Shown one piece after another: positions 47,406 through 57,606 of a stretch of 64,000 nucleotides of DNA. Under the pieces are notes generated by a model. That model had not been told where the DNA came from. It did no database searches and saw only the letters and a list, made by a program, of their open reading frames with translations. How positions within the stretch are numbered: the first letter of the stretch is position 1; each line of letters begins with the position of its first letter. The translations under genes and the position numbers were made by a program. This DNA comes from Synechococcus sp. (GTDB lineage Bacteria; Cyanobacteriota; Cyanobacteriia; PCC-6307; Cyanobiaceae), in contig JBJBCN010000002.1 in NCBI GenBank assembly GCA_047285805.1, positions 1,328,347 to 1,392,346 of the forward strand, in the 5' to 3' direction.

Positions 47406-48679
47406 CTGTGCTCGCGCAGGAAGCTGATCGTTCCCTGCAGTTCATCGGCGAACCGATCGATCTCCTCGAGCGTCGTCGTGAAGCTGAGGCTGGCTCGTGC
47501 TGAGGCACTGATGCCGTAATGACGGTGGAGGGGCTGCGTGCAGTGGTGGCCGCTGCGAATGCAGATACCAGCGGCGTCCAGCAGAGCCGAGATGTCGTTG
47601 GCATGGACACCCTCCACGTGGAAGGCCGCCAGCGCCGCGCGATCCGGCTGTTGCTCGGGGGTGGGGCCCAGCACGGTCACTCCATCAATGGTCTGCAGCC
47701 GTTCAAAGAGATGGGCGGTGAGCTGCTGCTCCCAGGCGTGGATGCGATCGAGCCCCAAGGCCTGGAGGTAATCCAGGGCGGCACCCATGCCGATCGCCTC
47801 GCCGATGGCGGGGGTCCCGGCCTCAAATTTGTGGGGCAGGCCCGCCCAGCTGCTGTGGTCCAGGTAGACGTCCTGAATCATCTCGCCGCCGCCGAGGAAG
47901 GGCGGCATCGCCTCAAGCAGCGCCTCTTTGCCCCAGAGAAAGCCAATGCCCGTCGGGCCACAGAGCTTGTGTGAGCTTCCGACCAGGAAGTCCGCGCCCA
48001 TGTCTTTGACATTGACGGGCAGGTGCGGAAGGCTCTGGCAGGCATCCACCAGCACCAGAGCGCCAGATGCATGGGCCAGGTCAGCCACCGCACTGATTGG
48101 GTTGAGGCAGCCCAGGGTGTTGCTGACCTGCACCAGGCTCACCAGCCGGGTGCGTTCGTTGATTTTACTGCGCAGGTCTTCCAGATCCAGCTCACCGCTA
48201 TCGGTGAGTCCGGCGTGGCGCAGGACGCAACCGGTGCGATCGGCCAGAAGCTGCCAGGGCACCAGGTTGCTGTGGTGCTCCATCACCGTCAGCAGGACCT
48301 GATCCCCCGGGCGGAGGTTGGCTTCCCCCCAGCTGCGGGCCACCAGGTTGATGGCCTCACTCGCATTGCGGGTGAAGACGATTTCGTTCGGGGTCGAGGC
48401 ACCTACAAAGGCGGCGACTTTGGCCCGCGCACCCTCAAAGCCTTCGGTGGCCCGGACGCTCAGCTGGTGGGCACCCCGATGGACGTTGGCGTTGTCGTGG
48501 TCGTAGTAGTGCTGCAGCGCCTCCAGCACCTGGTGGGGCTTTTGGCTGGTAGCGGCGTAATCGAGGTAGATCAAGGGCTGGCCCAGGCAGGCCTTCTGCG
48601 CCAGCAAGGGGAAGTCCTGGCGGGTGTGGGCCGCTAAATCCACCGCGGGAACGCTCATCAGGCCGGCGGAGCTGCTCAT
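47402..48679 (-). CDS. sufS: Cysteine desulfurase
   Basis: YLDYAATSQKP, SSHK, RSGHHC; ATGA overlap with sufD. Confidence 0.95.
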   Translation of the reverse strand: MSSSAGLMSVPAVDLAAHTRQDFPLLAQKACLGQPLIYLDYAATSQKPHQVLEALQHYYDHDNANVHRGAHQLSVRATEGFEGARAKVAAFVGASTPNEIVFTRNASEAINLVARSWGEANLRPGDQVLLTVMEHHSNLVPWQLLADRTGCVLRHAGLTDSGELDLEDLRSKINERTRLVSLVQVSNTLGCLNPISAVADLAHASGALVLVDACQSLPHLPVNVKDMGADFLVGSSHKLCGPTGIGFLWGKEALLEAMPPFLGGGEMIQDVYLDHSSWAGLPHKFEAGTPAIGEAIGMGAALDYLQALGLDRIHAWEQQLTAHLFERLQTIDGVTVLGPTPEQQPDRAALAAFHVEGVHANDISALLDAAGICIRSGHHCTQPLHRHYGISASARASLSFTTTLEEIDRFADELQGTISFLREHS

Positions 48680-49914
48680 GCCGACTCCAGCTCCAACCGA
48701 TCCAGGGGGCACCAATGGCGCGCGGGCTCCGGCAGGGTGCGTAGAACTTCTTCGCAAAAGGCGCGCTTCAGCAGGCCAGCAGCTTGCTCGGCTCCAATGC
48801 CGCGGCTCTGGAGGTAGAAGAGCTCGTCGGTTTGAAGGCTGCTGACCGTGGCGCCGTGGGCACATTTCACGTCATCAGCCACGATCTCGAGCTCGGGCTT
48901 GGTGTCGATCCGGGCGCGGTCCGAGAGCAGCAGGTTGCGGCTCAACTGCGCCGCGTTGGTCCTCTGGGCTTCACGGGGAACCCGCACCGCACCGTTGAAT
49001 ACGCTCCTGCCCTGGCCAGCCGCCACGGCCTTGTGCACCTGATCAAGCTCCCCTTCAGGACCGGAGAACTGCACGAAGCTATGGGTGTCAGCGATCTGAT
49101 GCTCCCCAACCAGTTGCAGACCCCTCAGGGTGGAGTAGGCCTGGCCATTCACCTGCACCAGGCGGGGTTCATGGCGCGCCAGTCCCCAGCCCGCCGCGAC
49201 GTTGCTCAGGGCCGCCTGACTCTCCTGCTCTTGCTCAACTGCAATATGGCTGAACAGGGCGGCATCGCTCTGACCCAGGGCCACCAGGCCATGGCGCAAC
49301 TGGGCGCTGCGGGCCAGATGGGCTTCGATCACCACGCTGACAAGCCCCGCCCCTTGAGCCTCAATCAGCTGAGAGAGATCAAGATCGGCCTTCTCCTCCA
49401 GCACCAGAAGGATGCGTAGCGGAAGCATCCCACCGGCGCAGGCACTCACCAATTCCAGGGCAGCCGACGTGCGGCTTTTCACCCGCAGGGCCAGCAGCTG
49501 AGTCGCGCTGGCATGGTTCAACTCAACGGGCCAATGCTGCTCGCAGCTGGTGGCCGCCAGAGTGTGGCCCAACCCTTGGGCCACCTCAGAGGCGCTCAGG
49601 GGCTCCAGCCCCTCCGGCAGGGCCACACCAGCGAGTGGATCGCTGGATCCATCCAGCTGCAGCCGCAGGCCCGGACCGCTGGAGCCAGCGGTCGGGTGGG
49701 CCGCCTGCGGGGCACCCAGGGGAAGCCCCTGCAAAAGGCTGAGGTCAGTGAAGCGCCAGTCCTCAAGGCGGGAGGACGGCACACCCTGCTGGGTCAAGGC
49801 GTGACGGCCGCGCTGCTGCACGGCAACCAAGGAACCCGAGGCTGGGGGAAGCTCGGAGAGCCAGTGCTCCAGCCAAGCTGCCCGATGGGTGGGGGCGCTG
49901 AGGCTGGCGGTCAT
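48676..49914 (-). CDS. sufD: Fe-S cluster assembly protein SufD
   Basis: EDWRFT, PELEIVADDVKCAHGAT. Confidence 0.94.
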   Translation of the reverse strand: MTASLSAPTHRAAWLEHWLSELPPASGSLVAVQQRGRHALTQQGVPSSRLEDWRFTDLSLLQGLPLGAPQAAHPTAGSSGPGLRLQLDGSSDPLAGVALPEGLEPLSASEVAQGLGHTLAATSCEQHWPVELNHASATQLLALRVKSRTSAALELVSACAGGMLPLRILLVLEEKADLDLSQLIEAQGAGLVSVVIEAHLARSAQLRHGLVALGQSDAALFSHIAVEQEQESQAALSNVAAGWGLARHEPRLVQVNGQAYSTLRGLQLVGEHQIADTHSFVQFSGPEGELDQVHKAVAAGQGRSVFNGAVRVPREAQRTNAAQLSRNLLLSDRARIDTKPELEIVADDVKCAHGATVSSLQTDELFYLQSRGIGAEQAAGLLKRAFCEEVLRTLPEPARHWCPLDRLELESA

Positions 49915-50711
49915 CAGGCCACCTCCGCTGCGGCCAAGGCGGCCAGCTCCTGGTCGACCCAGTCGTAACCACGCTCTTCCAGTTCCAAGGCCAGCTCTTT
50001 CCCGCCCGTGCGCAACATCCGGCCCGCTGCCATGACGTGGACGTAGTCCGGGGTGATCGCGTCGAGCAGGCGCTGGTAGTGGGTGATCAGCAGAGTCGCG
50101 TTGTCGGGGCTCGCCAGCTGATTGACGCCGCCGGCCACGATCCGGAGGGCGTCGATGTCCAGGCCGGAATCGGTCTCATCGAGGATCGCCACCATGGGAT
50201 CCAGCAGAGCCATCTGCAGAATCTCGTTGCGCTTTTTCTCACCGCCGCTGAAGCCCTCGTTAACAGAGCGGTCCAAGAAGGCGGGATCCATCTGAACCAC
50301 CTGGAGGCGCTCGCGAACGAGATCCTCAAAGGCAAAGGTGTCGAGCTCCTCGTCGCCCTTCTCGGCACGGCGGGCATTGGTGGCCACCCGCAGGAACTCA
50401 AGATTGCTCACGCCTGGGATTTCGACCGGGTACTGGAAACCTAGGAAGACCCCTGTACGCGCGCGCTGCTCGGGGTCCAGCTCCAGCAGGTTCTCACCGC
50501 GGTAAGTCACGCTGCCGCCGGTGACCGCGTAAGCGGGATGGCCAGCGAGCACCTTGGTGAGGGTGCTCTTACCGCTGCCGTTGCGACCCATCACCGCGTG
50601 GATTTCGCCGGCACGAATCCTCAGGTTGACGCCCTTAAGGATCTCCTTGTCCTCGACCCGAGCGTGGAGATCCCGGATCTCAAGCAGCACTGGAGCGTCA
50701 GGGCGAATCAC
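49914..50711 (-). CDS. sufC: Fe-S cluster assembly ATPase SufC
   Basis: [19 protein letters not shown]. Confidence 0.96.
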   Translation of the reverse strand: MIRPDAPVLLEIRDLHARVEDKEILKGVNLRIRAGEIHAVMGRNGSGKSTLTKVLAGHPAYAVTGGSVTYRGENLLELDPEQRARTGVFLGFQYPVEIPGVSNLEFLRVATNARRAEKGDEELDTFAFEDLVRERLQVVQMDPAFLDRSVNEGFSGGEKKRNEILQMALLDPMVAILDETDSGLDIDALRIVAGGVNQLASPDNATLLITHYQRLLDAITPDYVHVMAAGRMLRTGGKELALELEERGYDWVDQELAALAAAEVA

Positions 50712-50785
50712 GGGGGAAGGGAGACGAAGGGAAACAGATAAAGGAATGCGAGCGGTCGGATCGGGGCCGCCCGCAGCGGTGGGAT

Positions 50786-52228
50786 TTAACCGACCGAGCC
50801 CTCAAGCTTCAGGGCCAGGAGCTTGTCCGCCTCAGCGGCGAACTCCATGGGGAGCTGGTTGAAGACGTCGCGGCAAAAACCGCTGACCATCATCGAAACC
50901 GCCTCTTCAAAACCGATACCTCGGCTTTGGAGATAGAAGAGCTGGTCCTCGGAGATACGGCAGGTGCTGGCCTCATGCTCAACCGCGGCCTGGGGCTGCT
51001 GGGAACGGATGTAGGGATAGGTATTGGCGGCCGCCTGATCGCCGATCAGCATCGAGTCGCACTGGCTGTAGTTCTTGGCGCCTGTGGCCTTCGGGCCGAT
51101 CTGGACCAAGCCGCGATAGCTGTTCGAGGAGCGTCCGGCACTGATGCCCTTGCTGACGATCGTCGAGCGGGTGCGAGGCCCCACATGGATCATCTTGGTG
51201 CCGGTGTCAGCCTGCTGCATGTTATTGGTCAGGGCCACCGAGTAGAACTCGCCAACGGAATCGGCCCCTTGCAGTACGCAACTGGGGTATTTCCAGGTGA
51301 TGGATGAGCCGGTTTCCACCTGAGTCCAGCTGATCTTGCTGCGCTCACCACGGCACTGACCGCGCTTGGTCACGAAGTTGTAGATGCCACCGACCCCGTT
51401 CTCATCGCCGGCGTACCAGTTCTGAACGGTCGAGTACTTGATCGACGCGTCGTCGAGAACCACCAGTTCAACCACCGCCGCATGCAGTTGGTTCGTGTCA
51501 AACATCGGGGCCGTGCAGCCCTCGAGATAGCTGACCGATGCCCCCTCTTCGGCAACGATCAGGGTGCGCTCGAACTGGCCGGTGTCCCCGGAATTGATCC
51601 GGAAATAGGTGGAGAGCTCCATCGGGCACTCCACGCCCTTGGGAATAAAGACGAAAGAGCCGTCGCTGAAGACCGCTGAGTTCAGAGCTGCGAAATAGTT
51701 GTCATTGCTGGGAACCACGGTGCCCAAGTAGCGCTCAATCAGCTCGGGGTATTCCTTGACCGCTTCGCTTATCGAGCAGAAGACAACCCCGTGCTCGGCC
51801 AGCTTTTCCCTGTAGGTCGTAGCGATCGAAACGCTGTCAAAGACGGCATCCACCGCCACATTCGACAGCCGCTTTTGCTCGCTCAGGGGGATCCCGAGCT
51901 TGTCAAAGGTCTCAAGCAGCTTCGGATCCACCTCTTCGAGGCTGGCCTTTTTGTCCTGCTGCTTTGGAGCCGCGTAATAAATAATGTCCTGGTAGTCGAT
52001 GGGAGGGAAGCCCAGTGCGGCCCAGTCCGGCTCATCCATCTGGAGCCACTGGCGGTATGCCCGCAGGCGGAAGTCCAGCAAGAAAGACGGTTCGTCTTTC
52101 TTGCTGGAAATCAGACGCACCACGTCCTCACTGAGGCCCTTGGCGATCTTTTCGGTTTCGATATCCGTGACGAAGCCGTACTTGTACGGCCGACTCACTA
52201 AGTCACCAACAGCCTGCGGGTTACTCAT
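50786..52228 (-). CDS. sufB: Fe-S cluster assembly protein SufB
   Basis: [20 protein letters not shown]. Confidence 0.97.
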   Translation of the reverse strand: MSNPQAVGDLVSRPYKYGFVTDIETEKIAKGLSEDVVRLISSKKDEPSFLLDFRLRAYRQWLQMDEPDWAALGFPPIDYQDIIYYAAPKQQDKKASLEEVDPKLLETFDKLGIPLSEQKRLSNVAVDAVFDSVSIATTYREKLAEHGVVFCSISEAVKEYPELIERYLGTVVPSNDNYFAALNSAVFSDGSFVFIPKGVECPMELSTYFRINSGDTGQFERTLIVAEEGASVSYLEGCTAPMFDTNQLHAAVVELVVLDDASIKYSTVQNWYAGDENGVGGIYNFVTKRGQCRGERSKISWTQVETGSSITWKYPSCVLQGADSVGEFYSVALTNNMQQADTGTKMIHVGPRTRSTIVSKGISAGRSSNSYRGLVQIGPKATGAKNYSQCDSMLIGDQAAANTYPYIRSQQPQAAVEHEASTCRISEDQLFYLQSRGIGFEEAVSMMVSGFCRDVFNQLPMEFAAEADKLLALKLEGSVG

Positions 52229-52237
52229 TGGCGAGCC

Positions 52238-52591
52238 TCAACCAACGATGTGGGCTTTGACGTCATCCATGGAGATGGTCTGGTTCTCGCCGCGGAAGGG
52301 GTTGTCCTCGGTCAGGAACAGCATGCAATGGCACTCTTTGCGCTCACGCATGGGCACACAGGGGCAGTTCCAGAAGGCTTGGGCGACTTCGGCTTCCTTG
52401 TCTTCGTAGTGGCGGCAAGGGCAGAGAGCACCACCTAATTCGTCCTTGTGTCGAGCCAGACCCTCGAGCACAACAGCGGTGACGCTGGGATCGCTACAGA
52501 AATATGTCCCCGTGCGCTGCGCGTAGGTCTCAGCAAACTTGCGGATCACCTCAAGGCTGTCGCTGGCTGAAGGGGAGGGGGCTGCAGACAT
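52238..52591 (-). CDS. ftrC: Ferredoxin-thioredoxin reductase catalytic subunit
   Basis: CPC, CPC and CHC motifs. Confidence 0.95.
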   Translation of the reverse strand: MSAAPSPSASDSLEVIRKFAETYAQRTGTYFCSDPSVTAVVLEGLARHKDELGGALCPCRHYEDKEAEVAQAFWNCPCVPMRERKECHCMLFLTEDNPFRGENQTISMDDVKAHIVG

Positions 52592-52644
52592 GAGCGCAGG
52601 GACGAAGCTTGAACGTGCGGACTGGCGACCCGTCCATCAACAAA

Positions 52645-52668
52645 TTACGAAACACCATGGTTTCGTAA
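52645..52668. promoter_or_regulatory. Palindromic operator, probable SufR site
   Basis: TTACGAAAC-N6-GTTTCGTAA between divergent ftrC-suf and sufR. Confidence 0.65.
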
Positions 52669-52808
52669 CTCAACAATAGAGGTCTAGGGCGTCGCCATTG
52701 AATGGCCATTGTTGCGTGTTACCTGCGCCAATCGGGGCCTGGACCTGTCAGCCCACACTCGCCAGTGCCTGTTGGGCCGTGGCATGGTGTGGGCGACCGC
52801 CTCAAACC

Positions 52809-53444
52809 ATGAGCGTCTCCGCCCAGGCACCTACCCGCGAAGCCGCTCTGAGCTTGATGTTGCGGCGGGGGAACCTCACGGCAGCCCAGCTCGCCGAGGC
52901 CCTGCAGGTATCCGTCCAGGTGATGCGGCGCCATTTGCGCTCCTTAGAACAAGAGGGGCTAGTCGAGGCGAGTCCGTTGAGCGAGGGTCAAGGCCGGCCC
53001 AGCAACCGCTGGCGACTCACCACCCGCGGCCGAGGGCATTTCCCTAACGGCAGCGAGCACTTCGCCTTGGGGCTCCTCACCTCTATGACCGCCAACTTGC
53101 CCAGCGGCATGGTCGAAGAGTTGCTCGAGCGGCAGGCCAGCGACAAGGCCGAGGACTACCGCGAGCAAATCGGTACGGGCACGGTTCCCGAACGGCTTGA
53201 GCGGCTGGTGGAGCTGCGGCGGGGCGAGGGTTACCTGGCCGAATTCCATGCCGAACCCGATCAGAACAGCTGGGTACTCAGCGAGTTCCACTGCTCGGTC
53301 CAATCCATTGCCCAGCAATTCCCCTGCGTCTGCGAGCAGGAACTGGAACTGATTCGCCACACCTTCCCGGACTGCCAGGTCGATCGGGTGCACTGGTTGC
53401 TCGAAGGCAACCAGGCCTGCGGCTTCCGGCTCGCGCCGAGCTGA
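52809..53444 (+). CDS. sufR: Fe-S cluster biosynthesis regulator SufR
   Basis: N-terminal HTH, GRP motif, C-terminal Cys ligands, divergent from suf. Confidence 0.92.
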   Translation: MSVSAQAPTREAALSLMLRRGNLTAAQLAEALQVSVQVMRRHLRSLEQEGLVEASPLSEGQGRPSNRWRLTTRGRGHFPNGSEHFALGLLTSMTANLPSGMVEELLERQASDKAEDYREQIGTGTVPERLERLVELRRGEGYLAEFHAEPDQNSWVLSEFHCSVQSIAQQFPCVCEQELELIRHTFPDCQVDRVHWLLEGNQACGFRLAPS

Positions 53445-53448
53445 TGCC

Positions 53449-53799
53449 GTGCTGAGCGACCAGGATCTGAACGAGCTGGAGAGCACCCTGCTGCCCGCGC
53501 TCGAGCGCCACCACCTGCGCCTTCTGGCCCACAGCCTGCGCTGCTTGCAACAGGCCTCCGCCCAAGCGGGTGAGCAGCCACAGGGCGAGCGGCTCAGGGC
53601 CTGGGCGGAACGCCAACCCAACCTGGCGGTGGATCCCACCTTTATTCCGGTCTTGGTGGAGCAGCTGGGCAAGGCCTCCGTCCAACTCGAGAGCATTGGC
53701 AATGCCCTCGGGAAGCCGGCGCTCCAGCTGGACATCGCCGACCTCGTGCGATGGGGGCAACAGCAAGCCGACAATCGGCTCAAACCACCACAAAACTGA
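53449..53799 (+). CDS. Hypothetical protein
   Basis: LERHHLRLLAHSLR; follows sufR. Confidence 0.7.
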   Translation: MLSDQDLNELESTLLPALERHHLRLLAHSLRCLQQASAQAGEQPQGERLRAWAERQPNLAVDPTFIPVLVEQLGKASVQLESIGNALGKPALQLDIADLVRWGQQQADNRLKPPQN

Positions 53800-54649
53800 C
53801 ACCCGCCAGGCCCATCAAGGCCGCGCAGACCCCACGCCAGCCAGGGGGGTCCCCCTCAAGAGACGCCAGCGGAAGGGCCATCACCGGAGCCGTGGCCAAG
53901 AGGGCCACGGCCAACGCGCTGGGCAGATGCAGCAGTGCCGTCTGCTGGAGAGCTATCCCAGCCGTTGTTCCCAGCAGGGTAGCGAGCACGCCAAGGGGCC
54001 AGCGCCGACCAAGTGGCCTAGGGCCCTGGGGCCGATGCAGGAGTGAGGGCAGCAGCGGCAGCAACACAAGGGTCGCCGCCAACAGGCGAAGGGCGGCCGC
54101 ATCGAGCGGAGTAATAGCACCGGAACGCAACGCCGCCCGGGCGAGAACGGCCCCGCCGCTACCGCAGGCCAAGGCCCCCAGGGCGAAGGCGACCCCGAGA
54201 CCCCAACCCCTGAAGCGCGGCCCTTCTGCATCACGCCCCGCCACCAGCCAGAGGGCGGCCGTGATCAGGGCAATGCCCAGCCATTGCAGCGGGCTGGGGC
54301 GCTCCGATAGGGCCACCATCCCCAGCAGCGCCGTTACGCCCGGACCGCCGGCATCCAGAGTCAAAGTGCGGCGGGTGCCAATCCGGCGTAGGGCTGCAAA
54401 AAAAAGACTGTCGCCGACCGCAATCCCCAGAACCCCACTGGCGGCGAGCAGCAGCAAGGCCGGGGGCTCCTGGCCAAAGGCCGCCACTCCGGTGCGTCCC
54501 AGGAGCGGGAGCAGCAACACCAGGGCCAAGGCGTTTTTGAGCAAGTTGAGCTGGCTGGCGCTCAGGGCCGTGGGCAGGCGCCGCCAAAGGCTGCTTGCCA
54601 GGGTCCAGCAGAGGGCGCCCGCCAAAGCCGCCAAGACTCCACTCAGCAC
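53780..54649 (-). CDS. DMT/EamA family transporter
   Basis: About 10 TM segments, GD.LFF.ALRRIG. Confidence 0.85.
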   Translation of the reverse strand: MLSGVLAALAGALCWTLASSLWRRLPTALSASQLNLLKNALALVLLLPLLGRTGVAAFGQEPPALLLLAASGVLGIAVGDSLFFAALRRIGTRRTLTLDAGGPGVTALLGMVALSERPSPLQWLGIALITAALWLVAGRDAEGPRFRGWGLGVAFALGALACGSGGAVLARAALRSGAITPLDAAALRLLAATLVLLPLLPSLLHRPQGPRPLGRRWPLGVLATLLGTTAGIALQQTALLHLPSALAVALLATAPVMALPLASLEGDPPGWRGVCAALMGLAGVSFVVV

Positions 54650-54702
54650 CGCGGCAGGGAATAACTACTGCTTGCGATGATCGCTGAAACTGCTCAGGCG
54701 CC

Positions 54703-55308
54703 GTGACCCTTGCGATTGAGGATGCCCTCAGCTTTTTCCAGCTGAGCTGCGGCCGCTGGCGCTCCCAGCGCAGCGTCCATCACCTGCTGCACCGCCGCAC
54801 TGAAGCCGGCGGGTCGCTGATCGTGGTCGAGGAGCTGGAGCGCAGCGACAAGCGCCTGGCCAACATTGCGGCACACCACGGTCAAGATCCCGCTCGCCTC
54901 GTGGGGGGCTGCTGGGTGCGCTGGAGCGCCTCGATGGCTTGGGACAAAGCTGGCGAAGACCACACCGGAGCAAGCCTATTTGGCCTGATCCCAACCGATG
55001 AACGGGGACGCTCAGGGATCCTGCTACGCGATCAGGGCTACGCCGAAAAGGCTCCAGCCAGCTCGGAGTTCTCGATGGATGAACGGGACGGGCTGCTGCT
55101 GAGCACCGGCTACGAAACCATGAGCGTTTGGGAGCGCTTCTCGTTCTCCGGCCCCAACGTTCGGGTTCGCAGTAGCACCGTTGAGGGGCTATCAAATAAT
55201 GCGTCCTTCTGCGTCGAGATCCGATGCGACGACGACAAATCGGCCGCGCCAAATTCGAACTCCAGTGAGCAGAGACCTTTCGAGGCCATCTCTCCCCTGG
55301 GCTGGTGA
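54703..55308 (+). CDS. Phycobiliprotein lyase, CpcS/CpeS family
   Basis: FFQLSCGRWRSQR, LLRDQGYAEK, ERF. Confidence 0.88.
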   Translation: MTLAIEDALSFFQLSCGRWRSQRSVHHLLHRRTEAGGSLIVVEELERSDKRLANIAAHHGQDPARLVGGCWVRWSASMAWDKAGEDHTGASLFGLIPTDERGRSGILLRDQGYAEKAPASSEFSMDERDGLLLSTGYETMSVWERFSFSGPNVRVRSSTVEGLSNNASFCVEIRCDDDKSAAPNSNSSEQRPFEAISPLGW

Positions 55309-55407
55309 ATCCTCAGGAACGTTACGGACTGTGATTCATCCTCTCAGAAGTGCTCTGGCCGAAACAGGGCCACTATTAGGGTCGTGAAGTTGGTTTGTGG
55401 AGCTCGA

Positions 55408-56166
55408 GTGGCCATCCCTCTTCTGGAGTACGCCCCTACTACTCAAAACAACAGGGTGGCTCCTGTTCGAGTGAACTCCGACGAGACCTCCCGAGCGAAT
55501 TCCTTGGAATTCGCCACAGATAGCGAGAACTGCAAGACCGTTATCGAGAGTGCGTACCGCCAGGTCTTCTTCCACGCTTTCAAAACAGACCGCAGTCCCT
55601 TCTTAGAGTCACAACTCAAGAACGGTCAGATCACGGTTCGCGACTTTGTAAGAGGCCTGTGCCTTTCTGACACCTTTAAGCGCAGTTTCTATGGGATGAA
55701 CAGCAACTACAAAGTTGTTCGTCACCTCGTAGAGAAGCTGCTGGGTCGCAAAACACACGGCAAATCTGAGGAAATCGCCTGGTCCATAGTGATCGCCACA
55801 CGTGGCGTAGAAGGACTGGTCGACACCATCCTCGACAGCGAGGAGTACCTAGACAACTTCGGATACCACACTGTTCCTCATCAGCGGGCCAGGGTTCTGC
55901 CCGGCCGCGAACTCGGCGAGACTCCCTTCAACATCACCAGTCCCCGGTACGACGAGTACTACCGCGGCATCCTGGGCTTCCCCCAAATCGTCTACACCGG
56001 CACCGCAAAGAGTCTTCCCGCACGCGCCAAGCGTCGCCGTGGTGGCTACATCGAGGACTACACCGATTGGGTTCGCTCCATGCCTTCACCGCGAGGTGCA
56101 AGCCCCAGTGGTGGCAGCAACATCGACTACCTCTCCAAAGTGCCCTATCGCAGCCTCGGCCGCTGA
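55408..56166 (+). CDS. cpcG: Phycobilisome rod-core linker CpcG
   Basis: AIPLLEYAP, AYRQVF, LESQL..GQITVRDF, PFNITSPRY. Confidence 0.93.
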   Translation: MAIPLLEYAPTTQNNRVAPVRVNSDETSRANSLEFATDSENCKTVIESAYRQVFFHAFKTDRSPFLESQLKNGQITVRDFVRGLCLSDTFKRSFYGMNSNYKVVRHLVEKLLGRKTHGKSEEIAWSIVIATRGVEGLVDTILDSEEYLDNFGYHTVPHQRARVLPGRELGETPFNITSPRYDEYYRGILGFPQIVYTGTAKSLPARAKRRRGGYIEDYTDWVRSMPSPRGASPSGGSNIDYLSKVPYRSLGR

Positions 56167-56186
56167 TATCCGTTGCAAGACCTCTG

Positions 56187-56214
56187 AAGCGGCGGTTGAT
56201 CCGCCGCTTTTTTT
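56187..56214 (+). terminator. Intrinsic terminator after cpcG
   Basis: GCGGCGG-TTGAT-CCGCCGC followed by T7. Confidence 0.88.
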
Positions 56215-56319
56215 GTGTTTCCACACCAGAAGCAGTCACGGGATCCTGACCCCGACTGCCGATTCCCTTTGGGATCAGGGAGAGTAAGCGTATTGATCCC
56301 GAAAGGAATCCGAAGAGCT

Positions 56320-57375
56320 GTGACGCAAGCCCTGTCTTCACTAGCACGCATGACCCTTCGCCAACTGCGGCAGGTGGCCAGCGAACTTGGGGTGACGCTT
56401 TACAGCCGCAAGACCAAGGCGGAATTGATGAACGCCATCGGCGAGCGCCAGGCTGATATCAGCAGCGTCGAGCAGGAGCACAGCCCACCTCCGAAAACGA
56501 TCGACAGCACCCGCGTGGTGTTTCTGCCCCGCGATCCTCAGTGGGCCTACGTCTTCTGGGAAATCTCAGAAATAGATCGCCAGCAGGCTTTCAAGAACGG
56601 CGCCAACCAGCTCTGCCTGCGCGTAGCCGACGTCACCGGCGTGAGCGACGGTGGCGTGCACCCACACACCCTGCAGGAGGTGCCGGTCGATAGCCATGCC
56701 ACCGAGTGGTACCTCCCTGTGCCCCTGAGCGATCGCGACTACCGCGTCGAGCTGGGCTACCGGGTCAACGCCGGAGGGTGGATCTCCCTGGCCTACTCAT
56801 CGGTGGCCCGCGTTCCGGCTCTCCATCCCAGCGAGCAGATCCTTGACCAGTTCGTTCCCTTCTCCCTCGATGCCCCCCTTGAGTCGGCCGATGCGGCAGG
56901 GATCACGACCCAACCCAGCAGCGGTCCTGACAGCGGGCTGCATGAGCGGCTTTACCAAACCGCGACCAGCTTCGGACGCACGATGGGGCGCGGCTCTGAG
57001 GGCTTCCACGAACTGGACAGCGCCGGCCTGAACGCCTCAGGTGCCGGACTCTGGGCCAGCGGCCGTAATGAATCTGGCAGCGGTATGGTCGGTCAACGCA
57101 AGCGCGCCTTCTGGCTCGTGGCCGATGCCGAGTTGATCGTCTACGGCGCCACCGACCCTTCAGCCCGCCTTAGCATTGGCGGCGAAGACGTGCCCCTCTC
57201 CAGCGACGGGACCTTCCGTGTCCAGGTGCCCTTCCGCGACGGCGAGCAGGTCTACGCGATTGAGGCGATTTCGACCGACGGCGAGCAGAAGCGCAACATC
57301 ACCTTGAATTTCGATCGCAGCACACCGGAAGACAACAGCAACCCCAGCGACCAAGCTGTGGCCGAGTGGTTCTGA
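56320..57375 (+). CDS. DUF4912 protein with N-terminal Rho-N/HeH motif
   Basis: TLRQLRQVA...YSRKTK, LPRDPQWAYVFWE, FWLVADAELIVYGAT. Confidence 0.85.
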   Translation: MTQALSSLARMTLRQLRQVASELGVTLYSRKTKAELMNAIGERQADISSVEQEHSPPPKTIDSTRVVFLPRDPQWAYVFWEISEIDRQQAFKNGANQLCLRVADVTGVSDGGVHPHTLQEVPVDSHATEWYLPVPLSDRDYRVELGYRVNAGGWISLAYSSVARVPALHPSEQILDQFVPFSLDAPLESADAAGITTQPSSGPDSGLHERLYQTATSFGRTMGRGSEGFHELDSAGLNASGAGLWASGRNESGSGMVGQRKRAFWLVADAELIVYGATDPSARLSIGGEDVPLSSDGTFRVQVPFRDGEQVYAIEAISTDGEQKRNITLNFDRSTPEDNSNPSDQAVAEWF

Positions 57376-57388
57376 TGACCGATCCGCC

Positions 57389-57562
57389 ATGAAAGCCTTT
57401 GTTGCCTTCACCCCTCTTGCTGGAGCCGTTCTTCTCCCCATCTCAGTCCCCCTGTTGATGGTCAAGGTCAGCACTGGCGCCGGGGTGTTGGCGGCGGTTG
57501 TCCTCAGCGCCCTTTGGTTTGGCTCGATGCTGCTCACCTCTGAGATGCCGGAGCACGGCTGA
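57389..57562 (+). CDS. Small membrane protein (57 aa)
   Basis: MKAFVAFTPLAGAVLLP...WF..ML.TSEMP; two TM helices. Confidence 0.6.
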   Translation: MKAFVAFTPLAGAVLLPISVPLLMVKVSTGAGVLAAVVLSALWFGSMLLTSEMPEHG

Positions 57563-57606
57563 GCCCACCCGGGAATACTGATCTTGAAACCGTCTTGGCA
57601 TCCCCC

